A stretch of 64,000 nucleotides of DNA from an uncultured Desulfobacterales bacterium (GTDB taxonomy: Bacteria; Desulfobacterota; Desulfobacteria; Desulfobacterales; QNYZ01): contig CAZNZW010000002.1 of assembly GCA_964577615.1 (NCBI GenBank), forward strand, positions 24,333 through 88,332, read 5' to 3'. Shown here one piece after another: positions 1-7,148 of this stretch (the stretch's first letter is position 1; the number at the start of each line of letters is the position of its first letter). The notes beneath the pieces were generated by a model. That model was not told the DNA's origin, ran no database searches, and saw only the letters and a program-made list of their open reading frames with translations. Made by a program: the position numbers and the translations under genes.

Positions 1-1
1 G

Positions 2-274
2 GGCCTGTCCCCGCTGCTGGTCAAAGAGATTTTTGCCATCATCCAGACGATTAACGCACAGGGCGTGACCATTTTACTGGTTGAACAGAACGCCCGGATG
101 GCGCTGGGGATTTCCGATACCGGCCTGATTCTGGAGAACGGCCGGTTTGTCATGAAAGGCAGATCCCGGACATTGATGGAAGACAAAGATGTGAAGGAAT
201 TTTACATGGGCATCCGCTCCGAGGCGTCCGCCAAGGGCTATCAACGCTGGAAACGGAAAAAAGCATGGAGATAG
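2..274 (+). CDS. livF: Branched-chain amino acid ABC transporter ATP-binding protein (LivF-like), 3' fragment; 5' end outside window
   Basis: Frame +2 is open from the window edge to the stop at 272-274. The translation GLSPLLVKEIFAIIQTINAQGVTILLVEQNARMALGISDTGLILENGRFVMKG...DVKEFYMG carries the 'ILLVEQNA' region typical of LivF/LivG ATPases. Confidence 0.75.
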   Translation, partial: GLSPLLVKEIFAIIQTINAQGVTILLVEQNARMALGISDTGLILENGRFVMKGRSRTLMEDKDVKEFYMGIRSEASAKGYQRWKRKKAWR

Positions 275-323
275 ACCGGCAATCGGCGCCAATGGAAACA
301 ACGGCCAGCGACGGTAAAAAATC

Positions 324-2147
324 ATGACGGCCAGCCATATCACCCGCCAGACTGTTCCCCAGGTCTTTAAAAAGGCCGTGTCGACTTTCGGCCACCGCGT
401 GGCCATGCGGCACAAGGCGCTGGGCCTGTGGCATGATATTTCCTGGATGCAGTACTACCGCCGGGTGCGGCGTGTCAGTGTGGCCCTGATATCAATGGGA
501 CTGAAAAAGGGCGGGCGCGTATCCATTATCGGCGATAACTGCCCGGAATGGATATTTGCCAGCATGGGCGTTCAGTGTGTCGGCGGCGTGGCCACCGGGG
601 TGTATGCCACCAATGCCTGGTCCCAGGTGGAATATGTGGTCAATAATTCCGAATCCGATTTTCTCTTTGTGGAAAATGAGGAACAGCTCGACAAGTGGCT
701 GATGTTTCGTGACAGGGCGCCGTCGCTTAAAAAGGTGATTGTCTGGGATACGGAAGGCCTGCGTAACTTCAAAGACCCACTGGTGATGACTTTTGACGAG
801 CTGCTCGCGATCGGGCGCAAAATAGATGACGCCGATCCGAGTCTGTTCGACGCCCGCTCGGTGGAAATTGATGGCGACGACCTGGCCGCGCTGATTTACA
901 CCTCCGGCACCACCGGTCCCCCCAAGGGCGCCATGCTGACCCATCGCAACTGCATCTGGATGGGACGGGCAATCACTTCGGCCAACCCGATGGCCAAAAA
1001 CGATGAAATCATGTCCTTTCTGCCCCTGTGTCATATTTTTGAGCAGCTTTTTTCGATTCTCGGACATATTACCGTCGGCTATACGGTGAATTTCGTGGAA
1101 CGACTGGATACTGTTACCGACAATATGCAGGAGATTTCGCCAACCGTCGCCCATGCCGTTCCCCGGATCTGGGAAAAGTATTACTCAGCGGTGCTGATTC
1201 GTATGTCCGACGCCACCTGGTTCAAACGAAAAGTGTTCCATCTGGCCTACGCGGTTGGACAAAAAAGGGCGGATCTGGCCATGCGCTTCAAGCCTGTTCC
1301 GGGATATCTGCAGGCGCTGGCTTATCTGGCCCATCTGACCGTTTTTCGCAAGCTCCAGGAACGGCTCGGATTTGAGCGGATCCGGGTGGCCTACTCGGGG
1401 GCGGCGCCCATTGCGCCGGTGGTACTGCGTTTTTTTCAATCCATTGGCGTGAACCTGATTGAAGGCTACGGGCAGACCGAGGGCACGGGGGTGACCTGCC
1501 TGTCGCCGCTGGGCCGGGTGAAATTCGGGACGGTGGGGCCGCCGTTGAAAGGATCCCAGATAAAAATTGCCGGTGACGGTGAAATTCTCGTCAAATCCCC
1601 GGGGGTATTCAAGGGGTATTTTAGAAACCCGGCCGCCACCGAAGCGGCGCTCAAAGACGGCTGGCTCTATTCGGGCGACGTCGGGGAAATCGATGCGGAC
1701 GGTTATCTGCGCATTACCGACCGTAAAAAGGATATTATCGTCACCGCCGGCGGCAAGAATATTTCACCGCAGTACATCGAAAACAAAATGAAAGCGAGTA
1801 TCTACATCAACGATGCCGTGGTCATCGGCGACCGGCGCAAATTTTTGTCGGCGCTGATCATGATCGACGAGGATAATGTCATCAAATACGCTCAGGACAA
1901 CAAGGTCCAGTTCTCCACCTACAAAGATCTGACCCGGGACGGACAGGTTGTCAAACTGATTCAAAAGGAAGTCGATCAGGTCAACGCCACTCTGGCCCGG
2001 GTGGAAAATATCCGCAAATTTACGATTCTGCCCAAAAAACTATACGAAGAAGACGGTGAGGTCACGCCCACGATGAAGGTCAAACGCAAATTCATCAACG
2101 ATGCTTTCTCTGACCTGATCGAAGCGATGTATAAGGGACCGCGGTGA
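324..2147 (+). CDS. Long-chain acyl-CoA synthetase (AMP-forming, FadD-like)
   Basis: 607-aa ORF with AMP-binding signatures 'LIYTSGTTGPPKGAMLTH', 'EGYGQTEGTG' and 'GWLYSGDVGEIDADGYLRITDRKKDIIVTAGGKNISP', plus C-terminal 'PTMKVKRK'. Confidence 0.85.
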   Translation: MTASHITRQTVPQVFKKAVSTFGHRVAMRHKALGLWHDISWMQYYRRVRRVSVALISMGLKKGGRVSIIGDNCPEWIFASMGVQCVGGVATGVYATNAWSQVEYVVNNSESDFLFVENEEQLDKWLMFRDRAPSLKKVIVWDTEGLRNFKDPLVMTFDELLAIGRKIDDADPSLFDARSVEIDGDDLAALIYTSGTTGPPKGAMLTHRNCIWMGRAITSANPMAKNDEIMSFLPLCHIFEQLFSILGHITVGYTVNFVERLDTVTDNMQEISPTVAHAVPRIWEKYYSAVLIRMSDATWFKRKVFHLAYAVGQKRADLAMRFKPVPGYLQALAYLAHLTVFRKLQERLGFERIRVAYSGAAPIAPVVLRFFQSIGVNLIEGYGQTEGTGVTCLSPLGRVKFGTVGPPLKGSQIKIAGDGEILVKSPGVFKGYFRNPAATEAALKDGWLYSGDVGEIDADGYLRITDRKKDIIVTAGGKNISPQYIENKMKASIYINDAVVIGDRRKFLSALIMIDEDNVIKYAQDNKVQFSTYKDLTRDGQVVKLIQKEVDQVNATLARVENIRKFTILPKKLYEEDGEVTPTMKVKRKFINDAFSDLIEAMYKGPR

Positions 2148-2168
2148 CGGCGGGCGGGATACGGAAAA

Positions 2169-2702
2169 GTGAGACAGATGACGGATATTTTTGACTTTAT
2201 GACAACCCATCACGTCGCGTACGCAAGACACGACCACCCGGCTGTTTTTACCGTTGCGGAGGCTGATCGGCTGGTACCGGATCTTCCCGGTGCCCGGACC
2301 AAAAATTTATTTTTAAGAGACGATAAAGGCAGACGCCATTTTCTGATCCTGATCCGGAGCGACAAGCGGGTCAATCTCAATAAGCTGGAAGGCCTGCTCG
2401 GCACAAAACGCATCCGCTTCGGGTCGGCACGGCGTCTGAAAAAACACCTGGGGGTCGATCCCGGCGCGGTGTCCCTTCTGGCCATTTACAATGATCCCCG
2501 GCACGCCGTGGAAGTCGTGATGGACCGGGATTTGTGGCAATCGGAAGCTTTCCTTTTTCACCCGCTGGTGAATACCAGCACCCTGGTGATGTCAAAGGCG
2601 GATATTGAGCGTTTCATGGCGGCCACCGGGCATGCGTTGACGGTTTTAGATGTTCCCGGTCAGGCACCCGTGGGTGGAGGGATTGTCAAGGCCGGCGTTT
2701 AA
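2169..2702 (+). CDS. YbaK/ProX-type aminoacyl-tRNA deacylase domain protein
   Basis: 177-aa ORF. 'ARTKNLFLRDDKGRRHFLILIRSDKRVNLNKLEGLLG' and 'FHPLVNTSTLVM' resemble the YbaK/ProX editing domain. The start is ambiguous (GTG 2169, ATG 2178 or ATG 2199). Confidence 0.65.
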   Translation: MRQMTDIFDFMTTHHVAYARHDHPAVFTVAEADRLVPDLPGARTKNLFLRDDKGRRHFLILIRSDKRVNLNKLEGLLGTKRIRFGSARRLKKHLGVDPGAVSLLAIYNDPRHAVEVVMDRDLWQSEAFLFHPLVNTSTLVMSKADIERFMAATGHALTVLDVPGQAPVGGGIVKAGV

Positions 2703-2724
2703 CAGGTAGAGCCGCCCCCTCTTG

Positions 2725-2886
2725 CTAACACCTGCCGCCCAGCACACAAACCTTCAGAAATTTTTTTTCCGCCCGCTTAAAATCCTTTTTCGAATAATGA
2801 TTCAGGTTTTCGGGTATCCGAAATTTTTTTCTGGCGGATTTAACCAGGCGCTTCACGCCCGTGTTCCCATATCTGGCTTTATCCAT
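2725..2886 (-). CDS. Small (53 aa) very basic hypothetical protein
   Basis: The ATG at 2886 follows a strong SD (minus strand GGGAGGTGGattcATG). The product is MDKARYGNTGVKRLVKSARKKFRIPENLNHYSKKDFKRAEKKFLKVCVLGGRC. It is co-directional with the sigma-54-driven ORF 120 bp upstream. I recognise no family. Confidence 0.45.
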   Translation of the reverse strand: MDKARYGNTGVKRLVKSARKKFRIPENLNHYSKKDFKRAEKKFLKVCVLGGRC

Positions 2887-3007
2887 GAATCCACCTCCCG
2901 TTAGAAATAACGAAAAAAGCATGTATCAGCTGGAGATGTTACCGATAAAACCTGCAGGCCGAATACACCCCGACCAACAGGATCTGCAGATGAGTCGCCA
3001 TTTTTGG

Positions 3008-3208
3008 TCAATTACTTACAGCGGCAATGATTTTCTGGGACTGCTGGATTAAATTCACGGCCTGCAGCTCGATTTCTTCCAGCTGCCTGCGGACGCGCTG
3101 GTCCAGATCTTCCCAGCTTTTGAATACCTGGCCGGTGGCCGCGCCGCCCACGTACACTTCCTTGTTGCGATTCATTTCAAGCTCACCGTTTCTGGCTTTG
3201 ATAATCAT
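3008..3208 (-). CDS. Small (66 aa) hypothetical protein, sigma-54-dependent by promoter prediction
   Basis: The ATG at 3208 has an SD (minus strand GAGAGGGAGcgctccATG). The C-terminal half 'EDLDQRVRRQLEEIELQAVNLIQQSQKII' looks helical or coiled-coil. A consensus sigma-54 promoter lies about 65 nt upstream. Confidence 0.5.
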   Translation of the reverse strand: MIIKARNGELEMNRNKEVYVGGAATGQVFKSWEDLDQRVRRQLEEIELQAVNLIQQSQKIIAAVSN

Positions 3209-3271
3209 GGAGCGCTCCCTCTCAAGTCATTCTTTTTCGGTTAACTGCGTGCATACCTGAAGAATAAATGT

Positions 3272-3287
3272 AGCAAACTCCGTGCCA
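3272..3287 (-). promoter_or_regulatory. Sigma-54 (-24/-12) promoter
   Basis: The minus strand reads 5'-CTGGCACGGAGTTTGCTAC-3'. This matches TGGCACG-N4-TTGCW exactly, with correct GG/GC spacing. It lies about 65 nt upstream of the ATG at 3208. Confidence 0.6.
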
Positions 3288-3555
3288 GCTGGCGGATATG
3301 TGGATAGTTGATTTAATATCAGTGAGATAGGTTTAATTTGTCTTTTTGCACCGACGGGATAGTGAAAAATATGAACTAAAATAGGGCAGAAACCGGACAA
3401 ATTATGGAAAAATTTTCACACCCGATCCATATTTAATCGAAACACATGCCATTCAGTCCTTGGGCGTACTGCCGGTATCATACGGAAGCGGCCTTTTGGC
3501 CTCGCACCTGAAATTGTCCGGCGGGATATAGTCGAACGTATCGGACAGGCCGGGT

Positions 3556-4719
3556 TTATCGATCATTGCCGGTGGGCGCTCCCGGGTAACGATCCGGTGT
3601 GGCCAGTTTGCCGGTAATCGCCTGAACCAGGTCATCCCGGCCCCGGCTTTTCAGCGGCTCGATCAGTTCCCGGTAAAAAGGCGGGCGGTGGCGGATGGTG
3701 ATGTCAAAGGGGGCGAGCATGTCCGGCGTGACATCGTCTTCGATAAAGGCGCGCGTCTGGTCCAGCCGGCCGAGGCCGACCAGGCCGAGCATGGTTCGCA
3801 CGCATTTTTCACACTTTCCGCAATTGAGCCGGTCGGGGACGTTGGCCAGGCAGACCCTGAAGTTCTGAAAGGCCGCCGGCCACTCGGAAACGATGCGCAG
3901 TTTTTCCATCCGGGGCAGTTCGGCATGGGCATGGTGAATACGCAGTTCATGGCTGGAATATAACGGGTCGAGCAGTGGGTGCGATCCGCAGGGGACCAGG
4001 TTGGGCAGGTCAAAGGAAGAGGCAATGTACAGCAGGTTGATCCGACTGGAAAACGCGTGGCCGGCCGCCGCCAGAACGGCGCCGAAAAAGTAATCCAGCC
4101 AGAGTGTCCGCTCGTCGCACAGATGGCGGATATTGGTATAGACGGGGATCAGGGAAATGTCGGCATCATCGGCCACCGCTGCCAGGGCCTGCCGGGCACG
4201 GTCAAAAACCGGATATTTCATGCCGCGTTCAACCACGCCGCCGATGTCGAACCCGTGAATGATCAGACCGTCCCGGATGGCGCCGGGGTGATCTGCCGGA
4301 AAGTGGCGCCGGTTCAGCCGCAGGGTGGCCAGCGAATCGATGCCGCCGGAGAGTACCATGGCCGCGCGGAGGGGCGACGGCGGTGTTGCAGCCTGCGCGC
4401 GCACCGGTATCTGAAGGTCAGGCGGCCGGTAGCGGCCGTGTGACCAGACGCGGACCAGGGCCATGGCCGTATCCAGCCCTTCTTTGAAATCAGGGCAGAT
4501 GGCGGGTGTCATGGCGATTCTTTTTTCCCCGAAATGCGTGGCGGGGATCAGGCTGCCCGCCAGAAAGGCTTCGGGAGAAATGGTGATACCGGCGCCAAAG
4601 GCGGCCGGTGTTTCGATATAGATGTCTTGCGCCGGTCGATCCCCGTCTTCCCAGACAACACGGGCCTGGACGCGGATCCGGTTGTTTTTTTCAATCCGTT
4701 TAAAATCAATTATCCGCAT
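3556..4719 (-). CDS. PP-loop (N-type ATP pyrophosphatase) family protein with QueC-like C-terminal Cys cluster; specific function unknown
   Basis: 387-aa ORF with SD AGGAGAA upstream. The PP-loop is 'MVLSGGIDSLATL' and the C-terminal cluster is 'CLANVPDRLNCGKCEKCVRTM' (CGxCxxC as in QueC). About 110 aa at the N-terminus have no motif I recognise. There is no N-terminal Cys glutaminase domain. Confidence 0.7.
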   Translation of the reverse strand: MRIIDFKRIEKNNRIRVQARVVWEDGDRPAQDIYIETPAAFGAGITISPEAFLAGSLIPATHFGEKRIAMTPAICPDFKEGLDTAMALVRVWSHGRYRPPDLQIPVRAQAATPPSPLRAAMVLSGGIDSLATLRLNRRHFPADHPGAIRDGLIIHGFDIGGVVERGMKYPVFDRARQALAAVADDADISLIPVYTNIRHLCDERTLWLDYFFGAVLAAAGHAFSSRINLLYIASSFDLPNLVPCGSHPLLDPLYSSHELRIHHAHAELPRMEKLRIVSEWPAAFQNFRVCLANVPDRLNCGKCEKCVRTMLGLVGLGRLDQTRAFIEDDVTPDMLAPFDITIRHRPPFYRELIEPLKSRGRDDLVQAITGKLATPDRYPGAPTGNDR

Positions 4720-5636
4720 GGATATTTCTCCTGTTTACCGGCCGTTATCCGTTCCACAACGCAGTCGATGATTTCCCCGGCGATATTCCGGCCCGTGGCG
4801 GCTTCGAGTCCTTTGAAACCAGGGGCGTAGTTGACTTCCACCACCAGGGGATCGCATCCTTTTTGCATCATCAGATCAACGCCGGCGATGTCGAGGCCCA
4901 CGGCCCGGGCTGCGCGGATCGACAGCTCCTGGATCGATGCCGGGGCGTCAAACAGGCGGCTGCGCCCACTGAGGTGGAAATTGGCCCGAAAATCCCCTGG
5001 CGCCGGGGTCAGGGCCTGGGCGCCGGCCACCCGGTTCCCAATCACCAGCACACGGATGTCCTGCCGGTCTTCCGGCGGCAGATAGCGCTGCACCAGAAGC
5101 CCCGGCCGCTTACCGGCCGGCCGGCCCAGATGCCCGGCCAGCATGGTCCGGGCCGTCTCGGCACTGTCGATCCTGAAAACCCCGCTGCCCTGGCGGTTGC
5201 TGACCTGTTTGATCACCACCGGATAGCCGCCCAGTTCATCGACGGCCCGGGGCAGCCCGGAAAAAGCATTGATGAAAACCGAATCGGGGAAGGGGATATC
5301 GGCCGCCGCCAGGGCCTGGAGGGTATAGAACTGATGCCGGCTGATCCGGATGGCGTCGAAATCGTTGATCACGGGAATGCCGGTCTGGCTGAACTGACGC
5401 ACCAGCGCCAGACACGACGGGCCGACATCGGCGCCCTGCCGGGGCAGGACGGCATCGGGAAGCGGATTTTCGTCTTCCCGGCAGAAAAATGCACTGCTGT
5501 TCAGGAAAGCGGGCCACAGCCGGTAAGGGTTCAGCACATCGACGATATGACCCTGCTGCGCGGCGGCCGCCATCAGCCGCCGGGTCGGGTGATAGGCCGG
5601 CCCCCTCACCGATATGATTCCAATTCGACAGGTCAT
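4710..5636 (-). CDS. RimK-family ATP-grasp ligase (alpha-L-glutamate-ligase-like)
   Basis: 308-aa ORF. 'GYPVVIKQVSNRQGSGVFRI', 'LLVQRYLPPEDRQDIRVLVIGNRVAGA', 'GDFRANFHLSG' and 'GLDIAGVDLMM...LVVEVNYAPGFKGLE' are the RimK ATP-grasp signatures. Its stop overlaps the next start by 10 nt, and its start overlaps the upstream stop (ATGA). Confidence 0.85.
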   Translation of the reverse strand: MTCRIGIISVRGPAYHPTRRLMAAAAQQGHIVDVLNPYRLWPAFLNSSAFFCREDENPLPDAVLPRQGADVGPSCLALVRQFSQTGIPVINDFDAIRISRHQFYTLQALAAADIPFPDSVFINAFSGLPRAVDELGGYPVVIKQVSNRQGSGVFRIDSAETARTMLAGHLGRPAGKRPGLLVQRYLPPEDRQDIRVLVIGNRVAGAQALTPAPGDFRANFHLSGRSRLFDAPASIQELSIRAARAVGLDIAGVDLMMQKGCDPLVVEVNYAPGFKGLEAATGRNIAGEIIDCVVERITAGKQEKYPCG

Positions 5637-6898
5637 GGTGTTTTTCTCCGCAGGTGTGCGGCCTGGGCTTCCGGCATCCAGACCCCCATTTGCTTGCCGG
5701 CGCGCGTGCTGAAAAACGAGGTGACCTTGCGGGTATTGTTGCGCCGGGCAATCGTCTGGGTGGCCCGGTTATCTTCGCTGATCAGGGAAAAAATGGGTCG
5801 ACCGTCGGCCCGGGCGGTGAGTGCCGCCAGCAGTTGGGTCGCGATACCCATCCCCCGGTACTCGGGTCGGACCGATGTGTACCCCCGTTCCAGATAATCG
5901 GACAGATCCAGACCGGTCTGTTCACTCAGAGCCGTGATATACTCGCGGCGGGGATGTTTGAGGCTGGAAACGGCTACCACCTGATCCAGTTCAGTCGCAT
6001 AGACAACCAGGAAAGCCCGCGTCAGATTATGCCGCATCCACCGGGTGCTCACGGAACCGCCGGCTTCGACCAGCTGGCAGATATCATCGAGGCGGGCGGC
6101 GGAAAGCGATTCGGGAGCGGCGGCCGGACGGGCAAAATGGCGCTGCATGTTTTCGCCAAGGGACACCACGCCCCGTGGCTGCTGCCGTACCCACCAGCGC
6201 CGGACGCGGACTGAGCCATAGGTGTCCAGATAGAGGAGCAGGTGCGCCGGCCCGGGCAGGGCGCGCCAGAACGGCCGGCCGGTAAGAAACGGCAGACGGG
6301 CGTGCTTTTCGGTCAGGGATTTGAAGGCAGCCTCCGGGCCTGGAAAACGGGCCGCGGCCGGCGTCGCCAATTGCCAGGAATGGACGATATTCGGATTGCC
6401 AATGGCAAAGCGCAGCAGGGCCGGGTCGGGATCCGATCCAGCGTCCGGGGGGAAAACCACGTGGTTCCAGATCCCGGCCTTTGCGTGCGCGCGCAAAATC
6501 CGGATCAGGCGGGGCAGCGGGCCACGCGGCGAGAGCCATTCGATGAGACGGATTCGGGACACGGAAACCGGCGCGTTGTCCGGGTCTGGGCCGGTATCAT
6601 CCAGCCGGACCCTCACCGCCAGCCCAGGGGCCGCCGATGGCAGTTCCAGCGCGGCATCAAGGGCGAGAACCTGGGCCCGGCTGAGCGGGGAAGACAGGTA
6701 TGCGGTTCCGATTTTCAGAAGCCGGGCCTGCGCCGTGATGTACGCGGCCGCGGATGTTGGCGAAACCGGCAATTCTGAAGGGTCATTTTCCGCAAAAACG
6801 GTCAAGACCCGTTCCAGTGACAGGGAGGGGAAATCGGGGGAAACCGGCGCCGGAGAGATTGGACGGATGTGAAGCGGGTGGTCTTCAAGCGGGTCCAT
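5633..6898 (-). CDS. Hypothetical protein with C-terminal GNAT acetyltransferase domain
   Basis: The C-terminal ~130 aa '...VVAVSSLKHP...RGYTSVRPEYRGMGIATQLLAALTA' carries the GNAT acetyl-CoA motif (R/Q-x-x-G-x-G/A). The ~270-aa N-terminal region is unrecognised. I prefer the ATG at 6898 with SD AGGGGGA over the TTG at 6904 used by the ORF track. Confidence 0.65.
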   Translation of the reverse strand: MDPLEDHPLHIRPISPAPVSPDFPSLSLERVLTVFAENDPSELPVSPTSAAAYITAQARLLKIGTAYLSSPLSRAQVLALDAALELPSAAPGLAVRVRLDDTGPDPDNAPVSVSRIRLIEWLSPRGPLPRLIRILRAHAKAGIWNHVVFPPDAGSDPDPALLRFAIGNPNIVHSWQLATPAAARFPGPEAAFKSLTEKHARLPFLTGRPFWRALPGPAHLLLYLDTYGSVRVRRWWVRQQPRGVVSLGENMQRHFARPAAAPESLSAARLDDICQLVEAGGSVSTRWMRHNLTRAFLVVYATELDQVVAVSSLKHPRREYITALSEQTGLDLSDYLERGYTSVRPEYRGMGIATQLLAALTARADGRPIFSLISEDNRATQTIARRNNTRKVTSFFSTRAGKQMGVWMPEAQAAHLRRKTP

Positions 6899-6956
6899 CG
6901 TCAAATCCCCCTGCTGTATCGGGTCATATGGGCTGTGAAAAACGTTTTCCGTCCAT

Positions 6957-6985
6957 ATTTTAAGCGGGAATTAATGCGATGTCAA
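6957..6985 (-). promoter_or_regulatory. Sigma-70-type promoter for the GNAT/RimK/PP-loop operon
   Basis: The minus strand reads TTGACA-tcgcattaattcccgct-TAAAAT. The -35 is perfect, the spacer is 17 nt and the -10 matches 5/6. It lies about 60 nt upstream of the ATG at 6898. Confidence 0.55.
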
Positions 6986-6998
6986 TCCGGCCGGATTG
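6983..6998. promoter_or_regulatory. Perfect 16-bp palindrome (candidate operator) in the divergent control region
   Basis: CAATCCGGCCGGATTG is perfectly self-complementary. It abuts and overlaps the -35 hexamer of the leftward promoter. Confidence 0.4.
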
Positions 6999-7044
6999 AT
7001 TGAATGCCCGGCCGGCCGGGCGCAGAATCCCGGCGATGTAAGGA

Positions 7045-7074
7045 TTGACGCGAATGGACGACAACTGTTACAGT
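7045..7074 (+). promoter_or_regulatory. Possible sigma-70-type promoter for the rightward array
   Basis: TTGACG-N18-TACAGT, about 75 nt upstream of the ATG at 7149. The -10 is weak. Confidence 0.3.
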
Positions 7075-7148
7075 TATCGGCATTCAGCGGAACACCGGCC
7101 CGGTTCCGCCGGTGGCCGGCGATGGGTCGCAGACAGAGACAAACAATC

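Noticed and set aside
4863-5897. 344-aa ORF on the + strand, opposite the RimK-like gene. Similar long antisense ORFs occur at 8322-9128, 14428-15231, 19336-20025, 27110-27997, 27916-28728, 36695-37534, 41324-42463, 46353-47189, 48384-49091, 49411-50082, 50001-50783 and 51765-52724.
   Set aside because: Each lies entirely antisense to an ORF with clear family motifs. Their translations are Arg/Gly/Pro/Ala-rich low-information strings with no motifs or SD sequences. This is typical shadow-ORF behaviour in GC-rich DNA.
6996-7148. Upstream in-frame extensions of track ORFs: 6996 for the radical SAM, 9067 for the FGE-like gene, 27050 SDR, 27949 E1-alpha, 34948 acidic protein, 36439 cbpA, 39485 PPDK_N protein, 47078 LicC-like, 49063 GT9, 52766 pheA, 53625 AEC, 58804 hpf and 63739 kdsA.
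   Set aside because: The extensions overlap upstream genes or promoters, lack SD sequences and add non-homologous N-termini. Internal ATGs with good SDs coincide with the conserved family N-termini.
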